Shown: positions 37,360 through 47,598 of the stretch, piece by piece
Layout of the letters: each line of letters begins with the position of its first letter
How positions within the stretch are numbered: the stretch's first letter is position 1
Virus record (IMG/VR): IMGVR_UViG_3300021964_000014
Source of the DNA: a virus
Reading direction: 5' to 3' (one strand)
Length of the DNA: 64,000 nt
The notes under the pieces: generated by a model
The model's input: the letters and a program-made list of their open reading frames with translations, nothing else
Told to the model about the DNA's origin: nothing
Databases searched by the model: none
Translations under genes and position numbers: made by a program

Positions 37360-39105
37360 TTATACTGTACATACCGGGCTAATTGCTGTAATGAACCCTC
37401 TATCGTTAGTATTTACTATTTTTCTAGTTTCTTTTACCCATATTTTCTGTTTTCCTACCGGAACTAACCTGTTACCTCTAGGTTTAAAAATTCTCGTACC
37501 GTGAAGTAAAGTAACTGATGAACCAGCTGCAAATCCGGCTTGTAGTCCGGCACCGTCGTAGTTTCTACTTACTTCTAATGTATAAAGTACAACTCCTCCA
37601 AACGGAGATGAGCTTTCTTGGGCAGAAAGTACTTGCATTATTTCTGTGTTTGCTCCTTGATCAGTAAACTTTACTACATCTCCAACTGCTATAGTTTGTC
37701 CTTTTGCTGCTGATATTATCACTGATGTGTCGTTTGCAGCGGATATAGGATTTGAAACATTTACGAACCCTAGTTCAACTGATGCAGTTGTTGGCATTTC
37801 TTCAGTACCTTCAAATAAAAAGTCTTCTATATTTCTATCTGAAAGAGATTGAGAGCAAATAAAGCCATTGTCTTCAGTAACTAAGTATGCTGCACCTTCA
37901 AATTGTGTAGCAGATACAGCTGAGCCTACACCTGAAAAGTCTGATTCAGATGTTTTAGTTCCATTGTACCTAGCATTAGAGTGACCGGTATGGGTGTAGT
38001 TTGAATCTTGGACTAGTGCTTGTGGGGCATAAGGTTGTTGAGTATCATAGTAAAACCTAATAGGTAAACTTTCAGGTAAATCTTCAGATGTATGTAAAAA
38101 TGATTTTATAGTCGATGTAGTCCCGTATGTACCTCCGTAGGAAATATAATTTGTCTGTTTTAGTCTTGCGTGTATAGTTGCAATCGCAGTACTACCTGTC
38201 ATAGAATTTGCAATTATAGATAATTCAAAAGGGGTTACTGTGCTGTCTATAGTCCCGTCTATATTGGTTTGAACAGCTAAACTTTGAGTAACAAGATTAG
38301 AGCTATCGAATGAACCTGTGTCATCTATTTCTAAACTTAATGTATGTTGTATGCTGTACGAACCTGTGTTGGGGACTGATCCAAGTATTGGAAGTTTACC
38401 TTGTCCAATAGCAGAGCTTAAAGGACCTCGTTCAACTTTTATAGTAACAGCACGGTCATTAGGCACACTAATGGAATCAGAAATACTTTCTGACATAAAG
38501 TAGTTTGAAGCCGGTGCCCATGGTAGAGTGGTTTCTTTTAGAATTTTAGATCCATTAGAATCTTCAAATTTCAAACCGCTTACGTTTATTTCTCCGATAC
38601 CTGCGATTGCTGGGTAGTTAGTAGGAGCTACAAATCCACCGCCTCTATCTACATCAAATCTCTTATTAGAAGAACGAATAGTGTCAGCATTACTAATTAA
38701 AGCGTTATAGTCGTTATTGAAAAAAGGTTCAGGTAAATAGGGTGTCAGAGTAACGCTTCGTGGTTCTTGAGAAGGTAAAATATCTTGAAGATTAGTTAAA
38801 AACAAATCGTTTACGTCTATGTAGTAGTAAGAGGTATTTCCGGACTTGGGTTTGGATGTTTTGGTTATTACATTGAGCTGCTCCTGTGTTAAAGGGGCTT
38901 CTACAGTCGAGGTATCGTTTAGGGCTGCTCTTATCTGTTCTACTGCATCAAGAGATAGTTTAACGTTGTTACCGTTTATATCTACATTAGATATGGTAAT
39001 AGCTCTAACTTGGTCAGAGCCGTTAGTTGGTTTATATAGTACTCTCATCTGCCCTGCGGCTGGAGCAGTTTCTATAAATAAACCTATAGTAGTTTGTACT
39101 GACAT
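37360..39105 (-). CDS. Virion structural protein (baseplate region)
   Basis: S/T-rich 581 aa, late motif upstream, position in tail module. Confidence 0.55.
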   Translation of the reverse strand: MSVQTTIGLFIETAPAAGQMRVLYKPTNGSDQVRAITISNVDINGNNVKLSLDAVEQIRAALNDTSTVEAPLTQEQLNVITKTSKPKSGNTSYYYIDVNDLFLTNLQDILPSQEPRSVTLTPYLPEPFFNNDYNALISNADTIRSSNKRFDVDRGGGFVAPTNYPAIAGIGEINVSGLKFEDSNGSKILKETTLPWAPASNYFMSESISDSISVPNDRAVTIKVERGPLSSAIGQGKLPILGSVPNTGSYSIQHTLSLEIDDTGSFDSSNLVTQSLAVQTNIDGTIDSTVTPFELSIIANSMTGSTAIATIHARLKQTNYISYGGTYGTTSTIKSFLHTSEDLPESLPIRFYYDTQQPYAPQALVQDSNYTHTGHSNARYNGTKTSESDFSGVGSAVSATQFEGAAYLVTEDNGFICSQSLSDRNIEDFLFEGTEEMPTTASVELGFVNVSNPISAANDTSVIISAAKGQTIAVGDVVKFTDQGANTEIMQVLSAQESSSPFGGVVLYTLEVSRNYDGAGLQAGFAAGSSVTLLHGTRIFKPRGNRLVPVGKQKIWVKETRKIVNTNDRGFITAISPVCTV

Positions 39106-39118
39106 TAATTCTCTTTTA

Positions 39119-39126
39119 TATAAATA
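39119..39126 (-). promoter_or_regulatory. Putative late promoter TATTTATA
   Basis: Intergenic, upstream of ATG 39105. Confidence 0.6.
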
Positions 39127-39134
39127 TTACAGTT

Positions 39135-39662
39135 CTAATTTAATACGTCTTTTAAAGTTCTTCTTGAATTAGGGTAAATACCTTTATCGTACATTTCCTT
39201 CCAATAGAAAAAAGACCTAGGAGGTTCATCGTGTTGTATCTTAAATAGACCTTCTACAATCTCTTCTGTGTATCGATACTCTTTATCAATTTCAATTTCT
39301 CCATCTCTTATTTTAGTATAACCTTTCCAGGGTCTTATTTTATAAAAAGGTTTAAAACCTTCTTCGTATGTAAACACATAAGAACAGTAGAAAATATCTA
39401 CTAACTGAAGGTGTTTAAATCCTAACTTTATACCTTCTACTAATATATTTTTAAGCTCTAAATAATCTTCTATTTCTCCTACTACCATTATATCAGCATC
39501 CCAAGTCTCTGTCGTTAGTAAACTATCGCCTGCTAGATAAGTATACTTTTCAGTACCGGGAATCTTAGAAAAGTCTGTATACCATTTTTTTAATCTCTCT
39601 TTATCGGGACGAAACCATGGAGTGTTAGTTTTTACTTCTCCTATTTTATATTCAAATTGCAT
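39135..39662 (-). CDS. Pol-beta-superfamily nucleotidyltransferase-like protein (paralog B)
   Basis: TWDADIMVV...LGFKHLQLVDIF; aligns end to end with 22524..23084. Confidence 0.55.
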   Translation of the reverse strand: MQFEYKIGEVKTNTPWFRPDKERLKKWYTDFSKIPGTEKYTYLAGDSLLTTETWDADIMVVGEIEDYLELKNILVEGIKLGFKHLQLVDIFYCSYVFTYEEGFKPFYKIRPWKGYTKIRDGEIEIDKEYRYTEEIVEGLFKIQHDEPPRSFFYWKEMYDKGIYPNSRRTLKDVLN

Positions 39663-39673
39663 CTGTTTATGTA

Positions 39674-42600
39674 TTATGGACTTGAGAAGCCTCCTCCGCC
39701 AGAAGCAGAACTAGGGCCTTGGAATACCGGAAATGAATCTAGTGTTATACTTTGGTACACTAGGGCTACTGTACCGGTTCTGTTTTGTGTTGTACTTGGA
39801 TTAGTATCAACTAATGCATTTATTGAGGTATCGTCTCCTGTGCCGGATGCTCCACTTATACCTATCCAGGTTGGTTTAGTAATTTGCCAGCCTAAGTTAT
39901 TTGGAGTAACATTAACTGACATAATAAATCCTTGTCCATTGCCGCTCAAGCTCAGGGTAGGATTAGGTGTTGTGGTGACCGAAATATCACCGCTCAATGC
40001 AGTGTATGAGTTAGTATCGGTAACGTTACTACTTTGATTATTAACATTATCTTTTGCGTAAACTGTAGCTGTTACAGTCCCTGAGTTCATGCTGTGTTGA
40101 TTAGCTATTATAGCTATATTCTTAAAAGTTACACCGCTATAGGATACGGTTCCATTTACAGAACCTCCTCCAGTAGATGCTAGATTCCAATAGATTATCC
40201 CTGAGCTGCTTAGCCCTTCTACTTTTAGGTAAAAGTTACCTGTGTTATTAGTGGTTTCGTCTAAAGAGTAACCTGAGTTTTTAAACTTCACAGAGGTTAG
40301 TGTAGGTGCTGTAGTATCTTTCACTAGGTTGAGAGAGGAACCAAAAATACTTGCAGCAGTTGCTAGTGAGCCTGTTTGGGCGCCATCTGCTAGTCTTACG
40401 TTGAGTAGTAGGGTACCATCAGAGTTAATGTCTGATGCATCAATTGAAATAGATTGAGTGGCTGAATTAGTAATAGTTCCTGTGGATGTGTTACTGCTAA
40501 ATGTTCCACTTAATGATGCTGAAGCAAAATAAGTTGTACCTATTTCTCCTCCGTAAATGTTAGCACTTAAAGTTGTATCATTTGTTGATGCGTTTACATA
40601 AGCAGGGAATTGGGTCCATGAAGTTGTATAGCCAGAAGGTGCTACATTATCAAAAGTACTACAGTCAGTTTGGGCTAATACCTGCCCTTTAGTCACACCT
40701 GGGCTGTCAATCTGTATAACCCTGTTAAATCCTGATATATGCCACCAATTGTCTCCTCCGTCTAGGGTATTAGCACCTGCAGAGTCTGTGTATATCATAT
40801 CCCCAATAGTAGGTATCGTGCCTGTACCACTGTGGTAAAAAGTTGTTGTTGCCCCACTTACTTGACAAGCTAATGAATCTGTGCTTCCCGTGGTTTGGTA
40901 CATACTAAAGTTCTTTAGTGAAGCTACATCTAAAGGAACACCTACTACGTTATAAGTAAGGACAGGGGGTTTTTGTTTTTTAAATATATTTTCTATATTC
41001 AGTTCCCCATTAGTAATAGTAAGAGTACTACCTCCTAGTTCTCCGTTATATTGAGGAGATTCATCATCTACCGATCTTACTAAAGAGCCTGATTTTGTTT
41101 CTACAGTTATGTTGTGTATTGTAGAGCTTTCTAAAGATGCACTTCTATAAACTTGAGCTCCTTGTTTCTCAAGTTGGGTGGTATAGTAGGCTCCTCCATG
41201 TGAGCCGGTAAAGAATGCTGTGTCTATGCTAGCAGAATAGTTAGGTTCAGTAGCTGTTACTATTGGTGATTTTACTTTAGACCTGTCTAAGATATGAGGT
41301 TTAATTATTATACCTGTATCAACTGATGCTCTAGCAGGTACAAAATCTCTAACCATTTTAAAGAGAACATTATCAAAAAATTTGAATATTCTAACAAAAT
41401 CATTTAATTCAAACCTTTGTACAGAACTCAATAATACTCGTTCAGCTTCTTTATTAAGAGAAATATAAGAACTACTATTTAATTCTCTTGGGTCTCCAAT
41501 ATAATCGTCTATATTAAAGTTAGTAGGTAGTTGAGAAAGAATGTAGGTATTAATACTATCTGAAGGTGAAAAACCTACCTCCAGTCTATGGAAGTCTTTT
41601 GTCCTTTCAACTTCTTTTTTCTGAATTGATACATCCTTACTTAGCACTTTTCCTACAGAACCGCTTGCTCTAGTTTCTATACGTACTTTAGAAACCGAGG
41701 TAGTGTGTTCTTTTTCTTCTGCTACAAATTTACTTTCCCCTACTGTTTGACCTCCGTATTGCTTAATTTTAAGAAAGTCTGATGGGATACCAAAGCAATT
41801 AACAAGTGCTCTTAATCCTCTTTCTGTTCCTTTAGTTTTAGATAAAAAAGGTAAATTATGGTATATTCTTTTATAGACTTCTCCTTCGTAGTCTTTTGTG
41901 GATAACGGCTGTGCGTCTGCAGGTAAATCGCTGACAGTAACGAAGTTATTTACGACCTCATTAAAACTTCCGCTATCGTAACTTTCACCTATGAGGTACT
42001 TAAAGAGGTTATTTGAACTCTCTGCTGAGTTATGTAGCTTTACTCCGAAACTTTTTAACACTTCTTGTACTAGGTCTTTAGAAATCCCAACATCTACCCT
42101 ATTGTCGTTATTATATTTATCAGTTATAGCTTTACTATAAATCCATAAATTGTCAAAGTGGTGACCAATCATATGTGCAAATAAGACACCGTTAGTGTTG
42201 TTACTATCTTCTGAGATAAAACTAGGTAAGGTTGCGCTTAAAAGATCATAGTTAGAGGTGTCGTAGTTTGATGCACTAGTTAGTTGGTTAGCGTACCAGC
42301 TTACTGCTTCTGATGATGTAGAGTGTAGGTTTATATGTGGCTTAGTTGTTGTACTTTTAGGCCAGGAGTAGGAACCGCTAGAGTAGTATAAATGTCTTTC
42401 ATAGTGATCAAAATTACTAACTACTCCTCGTATAAGGCTGTTGTAGTTGCTAGCGCTACCAGAAGAGTTATTGCTAACTGTATTAACTGAATCTAAACTT
42501 GCTTGGTACGTTTCTAACAATCGTAATTTGTATCGAAAGTTTTTCAACCTTTCCTCAGCAGAAGAGAAGTTGATAAAGTTACTATAGTTAGTGTAGTCTA

Positions 42601-43462
42601 CGTTTATCTGTACACTGTTGTCCTGTATTAAGGATAGTATTTCTCTATTACTGTTTTCTGAGTTATAACTAAATAATTCATTGTAGTTGAAGTATTCAGT
42701 AGGAGTTGATGATTTAGTATCGGTATCAATATTAAAATTAGCTTGTCTAAGTTTAGAAAATACTTCTACATCATCATACTCTACTTCTGTGTCAATAATA
42801 ACAGCAATAGAATCACTAACTTTCTCTACTACCTGTACAACTGCTTTTTTATTGTGCTTTGATGGAAGGGGTTCGTATAACTTTACAGCTATACCAAACT
42901 TACCGTTTATTTCTATACTGTTTATATTGGTAATAATATAAAGGTCGTTGTCTCCAAAGTTTAACCAAAGCTCTTCAAAATACCCTTCTACAGTTAAATC
43001 ATCTTTTAATGCTTCTGTGATATTAACTATGTCGTTTTTATCTAAGTTATTAGAGTATAAAAACAGCTCTGTTCTATCGGCAGCTATATCTTGAACGAAA
43101 AAGTTTTCTTTTTGTTTACCCTCACTATATACATCATCTAAGAAATGGAATACCATTTTTAGATCTACATTAGAAAATCCTTCTTTAACAGCTATTTCAT
43201 CAGGTTTGATATATATTTGACCTGCTGAACCGTCTTCTAAATCTACATTGTCTGCATCTAAAGATAAAGGGTAGTCGTATAGAGAGTAGAGTTTTTCATT
43301 GTTGATACTATAGAAATGAGACTCTATGAAGTTAGTTTCAAAATCGAATGTTCTATTTACTTCAAAATTATCAATAAGCTTCATATCAGAAGATGAGTAC
43401 GTTTCATTCTCTGGTATAGTGTTTAGCTTTGTGTCTAATATTTGATATGTAACTTTAGCCAT
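39674..43462 (-). CDS. Large baseplate wedge-like protein with C-terminal Ig-like and BACON-like domains
   Basis: LSKTKGTERGLRALVNCFG wedge-type motif; DNVAPS/DTTAPT Ig starts; W..TKPTW...SGTG...N.....RTGTV BACON-like pattern. Confidence 0.65.
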   Translation of the reverse strand: MAKVTYQILDTKLNTIPENETYSSSDMKLIDNFEVNRTFDFETNFIESHFYSINNEKLYSLYDYPLSLDADNVDLEDGSAGQIYIKPDEIAVKEGFSNVDLKMVFHFLDDVYSEGKQKENFFVQDIAADRTELFLYSNNLDKNDIVNITEALKDDLTVEGYFEELWLNFGDNDLYIITNINSIEINGKFGIAVKLYEPLPSKHNKKAVVQVVEKVSDSIAVIIDTEVEYDDVEVFSKLRQANFNIDTDTKSSTPTEYFNYNELFSYNSENSNREILSLIQDNSVQINVDYTNYSNFINFSSAEERLKNFRYKLRLLETYQASLDSVNTVSNNSSGSASNYNSLIRGVVSNFDHYERHLYYSSGSYSWPKSTTTKPHINLHSTSSEAVSWYANQLTSASNYDTSNYDLLSATLPSFISEDSNNTNGVLFAHMIGHHFDNLWIYSKAITDKYNNDNRVDVGISKDLVQEVLKSFGVKLHNSAESSNNLFKYLIGESYDSGSFNEVVNNFVTVSDLPADAQPLSTKDYEGEVYKRIYHNLPFLSKTKGTERGLRALVNCFGIPSDFLKIKQYGGQTVGESKFVAEEKEHTTSVSKVRIETRASGSVGKVLSKDVSIQKKEVERTKDFHRLEVGFSPSDSINTYILSQLPTNFNIDDYIGDPRELNSSSYISLNKEAERVLLSSVQRFELNDFVRIFKFFDNVLFKMVRDFVPARASVDTGIIIKPHILDRSKVKSPIVTATEPNYSASIDTAFFTGSHGGAYYTTQLEKQGAQVYRSASLESSTIHNITVETKSGSLVRSVDDESPQYNGELGGSTLTITNGELNIENIFKKQKPPVLTYNVVGVPLDVASLKNFSMYQTTGSTDSLACQVSGATTTFYHSGTGTIPTIGDMIYTDSAGANTLDGGDNWWHISGFNRVIQIDSPGVTKGQVLAQTDCSTFDNVAPSGYTTSWTQFPAYVNASTNDTTLSANIYGGEIGTTYFASASLSGTFSSNTSTGTITNSATQSISIDASDINSDGTLLLNVRLADGAQTGSLATAASIFGSSLNLVKDTTAPTLTSVKFKNSGYSLDETTNNTGNFYLKVEGLSSSGIIYWNLASTGGGSVNGTVSYSGVTFKNIAIIANQHSMNSGTVTATVYAKDNVNNQSSNVTDTNSYTALSGDISVTTTPNPTLSLSGNGQGFIMSVNVTPNNLGWQITKPTWIGISGASGTGDDTSINALVDTNPSTTQNRTGTVALVYQSITLDSFPVFQGPSSASGGGGFSSP

Positions 43463-43471
43463 ATTGTTTTA

Positions 43472-44293
43472 TTACATTTTTATTAACCTATATTGAAGTC
43501 TCTTTGCGGAGTCTAAACTAAAGTTAACTCTTTGTTTGATGGGAGTGCTATTAAGACCTTCTAATTTTATACTGCCATCGTATTCAGTATCTGGGAATAG
43601 TTGATATAGGTCTTGTATTAGTGCTTTTACCTTCTTATTATCCCTCTTATTATCTAATCTTCTTTTCTTCTTTTTTCTTCTAGCTCTAGAGCTCCAATTA
43701 ATTATGGAATTCATTCTCTTTTGATCATCAACAGATACGTAAGTAGCTACTTCTTGTACTTTCCTATCTCTTTTAGCTTTTTCTTCTGCATCTGCAGCTG
43801 CTTCAGATGCCTGTGCTGCTGCATCGTTTGATGCGGATAGTGCGTCGTTAACCGATTGTTGTGCTTCTAGGGCAGCATTTTGAGCATTTGCTGCTGCTAA
43901 TTGAGCTCTTAAAGCTGCTAATTGTTCTGCACTTGAGAAGTCTAATTCTTCTCCTCCTGCTAATTGAAGTTCGAGTTCTAGGATTTGTCTGTTAGAATCT
44001 AGTAGTTGAGTTCTCAAAGAGGATATTTCGTCTAGTAAAGGCTGTATTGCATCTAGTTGGTTATCTACTGCGTATAGTTCTGAGCTTCTTTCTACTAGGT
44101 ATTGGTGAGTCTGGTTAGGACCTTCTATAGCAATCTGTGCATAAAATTTTTCATATAGTCTAAATAACTCTTCAATAGTATCGGTATCTACCACAGGTTC
44201 AGGTTGCTTAAATACCTTAAACTGCCTGTCTATGACATCTGAATATGCTTCAGAATTAAATACTGTCTTTACTATTTTTACTGTCTTACCCAT
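43472..44293 (-). CDS. Coiled-coil hypothetical protein with basic C-terminus
   Basis: Ala/Gln heptads, RARRKKKKRR tract. Confidence 0.6.
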   Translation of the reverse strand: MGKTVKIVKTVFNSEAYSDVIDRQFKVFKQPEPVVDTDTIEELFRLYEKFYAQIAIEGPNQTHQYLVERSSELYAVDNQLDAIQPLLDEISSLRTQLLDSNRQILELELQLAGGEELDFSSAEQLAALRAQLAAANAQNAALEAQQSVNDALSASNDAAAQASEAAADAEEKAKRDRKVQEVATYVSVDDQKRMNSIINWSSRARRKKKKRRLDNKRDNKKVKALIQDLYQLFPDTEYDGSIKLEGLNSTPIKQRVNFSLDSAKRLQYRLIKM

Positions 44294-45389
44294 TTCTTAC
44301 TACCTTGAAAGTTTGATCTGTATCTACTATAGAAGTAGAACCGTCAATCTCAGTCTTAATTAATAATCTATAATATCTTTCTGGCTGCAATCCATCCATG
44401 TAAATGTCAAAGTAGTTAGATGTATTATCAGCACTAATTTTTGTATACGTAGTATCAAAATCAAATACCATTTCTTCAGTATTCTCATCCTTCAGTCCCC
44501 AATAGGAGGCGGTAGGTAAGGTATAGTTAACAGTGTATGCTGAAGATGTTGTGAAAGTTCTTGTTGGATATTTAGGTCTAGAATGTATTCTAAATCTTTG
44601 TTTACCTTCGTCAGTATAGTTTCCTTTATTATTCTTTATACTCACTACTACTTCTGGGTCTGTTATTTCAGTTAAACTACTTGAATGAGTGTAGTCATCC
44701 CATTTTATATCTAAACTAGGAGGGTAAATAGTGTTGGTATCGTTACCGTAATACTTTAATCTAACAGAAGCTGATAAATTATTTTCAAGATTGTTAGGAA
44801 GTTTTAGTATAAATCCATTATTTGGTAAACTACCACTGTAGTGTTTAAGTACTGCATCAGAGATGTTAATATTTAAATCATAGTCTGAGTTCTTATTAAA
44901 GGCTTGAGAGGCTTCTAGTGTACCGTCTGCAGAAGCTGTGTACCATGTTCCTCCTCCCATAGTATCTGATTCAAAAGAAGCAGTTACGTATGTTGTAAAA
45001 CTACCAGTCTTCCAGTGATCTGCAGCACCTGCATTCCTATAGTTCCAGCTACATCCTGTTTTATTTGTAGGAGTATCTCCGAACTTGCCAGTTCCTTCAT
45101 CCCATGATTCAGCTAAAGGGTAGCAGTTAATATTAAACTCAATAGGTAGTTCGTTAGCATAGTTAAGGTACATATGTAAGTCAGTTCTTACAGTACCGCC
45201 GCCAGCTTTATTATTGATTATATCTTGTATTTCAGTTGTGTCAAACTGTATTAATGTTCTTAATGTTTGACCACCAGCTGATGTGTGATAGCCTCCAACC
45301 TCTAATAGTTCATCTCTACCGTTATTAGCTAGTTGCTTTTCAGTATAGATAAATGAATCTTTTGAACTAAATAATTTATATATTGCCAT
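44286..45389 (-). CDS. Virion protein, DNRLRE-like domain
   Basis: KDSFIY...RTLIQFD...ESWDEGTG...NNGFILK...PSLDIKWDD pattern. Confidence 0.6.
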   Translation of the reverse strand: MAIYKLFSSKDSFIYTEKQLANNGRDELLEVGGYHTSAGGQTLRTLIQFDTTEIQDIINNKAGGGTVRTDLHMYLNYANELPIEFNINCYPLAESWDEGTGKFGDTPTNKTGCSWNYRNAGAADHWKTGSFTTYVTASFESDTMGGGTWYTASADGTLEASQAFNKNSDYDLNINISDAVLKHYSGSLPNNGFILKLPNNLENNLSASVRLKYYGNDTNTIYPPSLDIKWDDYTHSSSLTEITDPEVVVSIKNNKGNYTDEGKQRFRIHSRPKYPTRTFTTSSAYTVNYTLPTASYWGLKDENTEEMVFDFDTTYTKISADNTSNYFDIYMDGLQPERYYRLLIKTEIDGSTSIVDTDQTFKVVRNG

Positions 45390-45390
45390 C

Positions 45391-47190
45391 TTATAATGTT
45401 GTTACTCTTCCTTGTATATCACTGTTAGGGTATTTTACTTCAAATATCATAGGATCTAAAGAAGGGTAAACAATGTTACTTTTAGTTGCTCCTTCTATAT
45501 CATAATCAAACTCAGAGTAGTTTCCTCCTACTTTAGTATTTAATTTTATATTTTGTACAGTTTGTACCCCTTTTACTCTATCTAATAGTGTATAAAGAGA
45601 AGAAAGGTTTATTGGTTGATTTATACTTCTTTTATCTATATTGAAAAAAGATTTTAATTCATTATTACACCTTAGTAGTACATCTCTAGAATTAAAATTA
45701 GGTAATGTAATAATATCAAACTTAACTCCTATATTAATAACAAATGCATCTTTTATAGTTATACTATCAGTAAGCATCATAAACTGTGATATATGTGTTT
45801 TAAGGTTGTTTTTAAGTTCGGTTGAGCTTTGTATTAGGTGTTTATTATTATCGTATGATAGTACGTACATGCTTACCCCTAGAGGGTTACTTTCTTTATA
45901 GTCTGCCGGTTTTACTGTGTCGTCTGTGGTTACGAATGTTTTTGCAATTGAACCCATTGTAGGAGGTAGAGTCATTGCTCTAAATGCGTAATCTTGCTTT
46001 GTAACAACTCTTCCCTGTTCAGCGAATGCTCTTAAAGAGTTCTGTCTTAGCTCTTCCACTGTGTCTCCGTCTTTTCCTCCCGTGGCTCCTTTATTATTGT
46101 TTACTGTTAAGGTAGATTGATACGTTGTATCTGTAGCTGTTGAAGAGACGTTTTTTAATCCAACTATAGTGTTCGCTTCTACGTTTGATGCAATTCCTCC
46201 TCCTTTTAAGTAACGTATAGTTAGTGTTGTGTTAGAGGGAGCGTTACCGTAAGATTCTGAGAATAAAAAATTAGATGGATCATATGCGTGATCTGTTCTA
46301 CGTATTCCTGCGTTAGTGCCGGATCCTACATTGGTTGGGTTAGGTAGAAAGGTGTCGTCATTTGTGCTTGACATCCCTGCCCCGAACTGTATCTGTAATT
46401 TTCCTGTGGAGGTAAATCTACTTACAAACCTGTTGGGTACGTTTTGAAGAGAAAGTAAGTAGGGTACTTTGTCTGCATTAGAGCCTCCGTTTATACTTTC
46501 AACGTATACGGTGTCTTGTCCTAAGAAAGGAACCTCGTACCAGGTGTTACCGCTACTGTCTACTATGTCTAGAATTCCAATTATATCAGTATCGTCTATA
46601 TCTAGGGTAAGAAATTTAGAAGAAGCTCCTATAGTTTCTAGTTTTGTGACTACTGATCCTGCTTTAGCTTTAGCTCTTTTAGTAAGTAAGTATTCTGCCG
46701 GTTGGTTGTTATTAATGCTGTAGATAGTTATGTCGGTAGGGTCATAGGAGCTCGAAAAGCTAAAGTCTACCCTATCATCAATAATAAACTCATAGTCACC
46801 TGCGGCTACTGTAGCTCCGCTGCTTATATTAAGTGCTTGATCCCAGTTAGGTAGAAACTCAGAACCGGTTGCAGCAACTCTTTGAGTAAACTGCACTTCA
46901 ACTGTTGATGCTGTTGTTACCTTGGGAGTGTATCCCATCATGTACGCTAACGAATATAGGTTCCCGGGATCTTGTGCGTACTGTAGTAGAGTTTCTTGGA
47001 GTTGACTATCTTGATAAAATGATAGTATATCTCCTACATATGCAGCCATTTCTACAAACATCATTCCCGGTGATGTAGGGGAGAAATCGTTATAAGTATC
47101 AGGGTAGTAGTTTTTAGCGAATTCTACTAGTTGACTTCTCAAGTTTGAAAAGTTTTTATCTGTATACTTTATTGTTACGTTTTGAGCCAT
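45391..47190 (-). CDS. Baseplate wedge protein, T4 gp6/J-like
   Basis: DFSPTSPGMMFVEMAAYVGDILSFY, IQFGAG, GGKDGDTVEELR, QGRVVTKQDY. Confidence 0.88.
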   Translation of the reverse strand: MAQNVTIKYTDKNFSNLRSQLVEFAKNYYPDTYNDFSPTSPGMMFVEMAAYVGDILSFYQDSQLQETLLQYAQDPGNLYSLAYMMGYTPKVTTASTVEVQFTQRVAATGSEFLPNWDQALNISSGATVAAGDYEFIIDDRVDFSFSSSYDPTDITIYSINNNQPAEYLLTKRAKAKAGSVVTKLETIGASSKFLTLDIDDTDIIGILDIVDSSGNTWYEVPFLGQDTVYVESINGGSNADKVPYLLSLQNVPNRFVSRFTSTGKLQIQFGAGMSSTNDDTFLPNPTNVGSGTNAGIRRTDHAYDPSNFLFSESYGNAPSNTTLTIRYLKGGGIASNVEANTIVGLKNVSSTATDTTYQSTLTVNNNKGATGGKDGDTVEELRQNSLRAFAEQGRVVTKQDYAFRAMTLPPTMGSIAKTFVTTDDTVKPADYKESNPLGVSMYVLSYDNNKHLIQSSTELKNNLKTHISQFMMLTDSITIKDAFVINIGVKFDIITLPNFNSRDVLLRCNNELKSFFNIDKRSINQPINLSSLYTLLDRVKGVQTVQNIKLNTKVGGNYSEFDYDIEGATKSNIVYPSLDPMIFEVKYPNSDIQGRVTTL

Positions 47191-47597
47191 TATTCAAAAT
47201 TAATAGTTAGTTCGTCCTCAGTTTGAGTATTTTTTATTTGGTAACGTAAGGAGAAAGTAACGAGATTACTATCTTCTTTTCTATCAATATTAATTTCACT
47301 TATACTTAAAGATGGAAAATAGCTTCTCAAAGCATCTCTTAATATAAACTCTACTGTATCAGTAGTGCTTCGGTTAATATTCTCAAAAATAAGATTCCTA
47401 ATCCCGGAGCCAAATGTTGGGTTCATGTACCTCTCTCCTTTACCGGTTAGTATAAAGTTAATTAAGTTTGACTTTATAGCTTCCTTAGTTTCATAGGTAG
47501 AATTAAATACAGCTTTACCAGAAAAAGGTAGAGCTACCCCTACCGCTTTTCTTGGCTCTAAGTCAATTGGTTCTATTCTTTTAGCTTCAAATGCCAT
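47190..47597 (-). CDS. Baseplate wedge protein, gp25-like
   Basis: IKSNLINFILTGKGERYMNPTFGSGIRNLIFE. Confidence 0.9.
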   Translation of the reverse strand: MAFEAKRIEPIDLEPRKAVGVALPFSGKAVFNSTYETKEAIKSNLINFILTGKGERYMNPTFGSGIRNLIFENINRSTTDTVEFILRDALRSYFPSLSISEINIDRKEDSNLVTFSLRYQIKNTQTEDELTINFE

Positions 47598-47598
47598 A

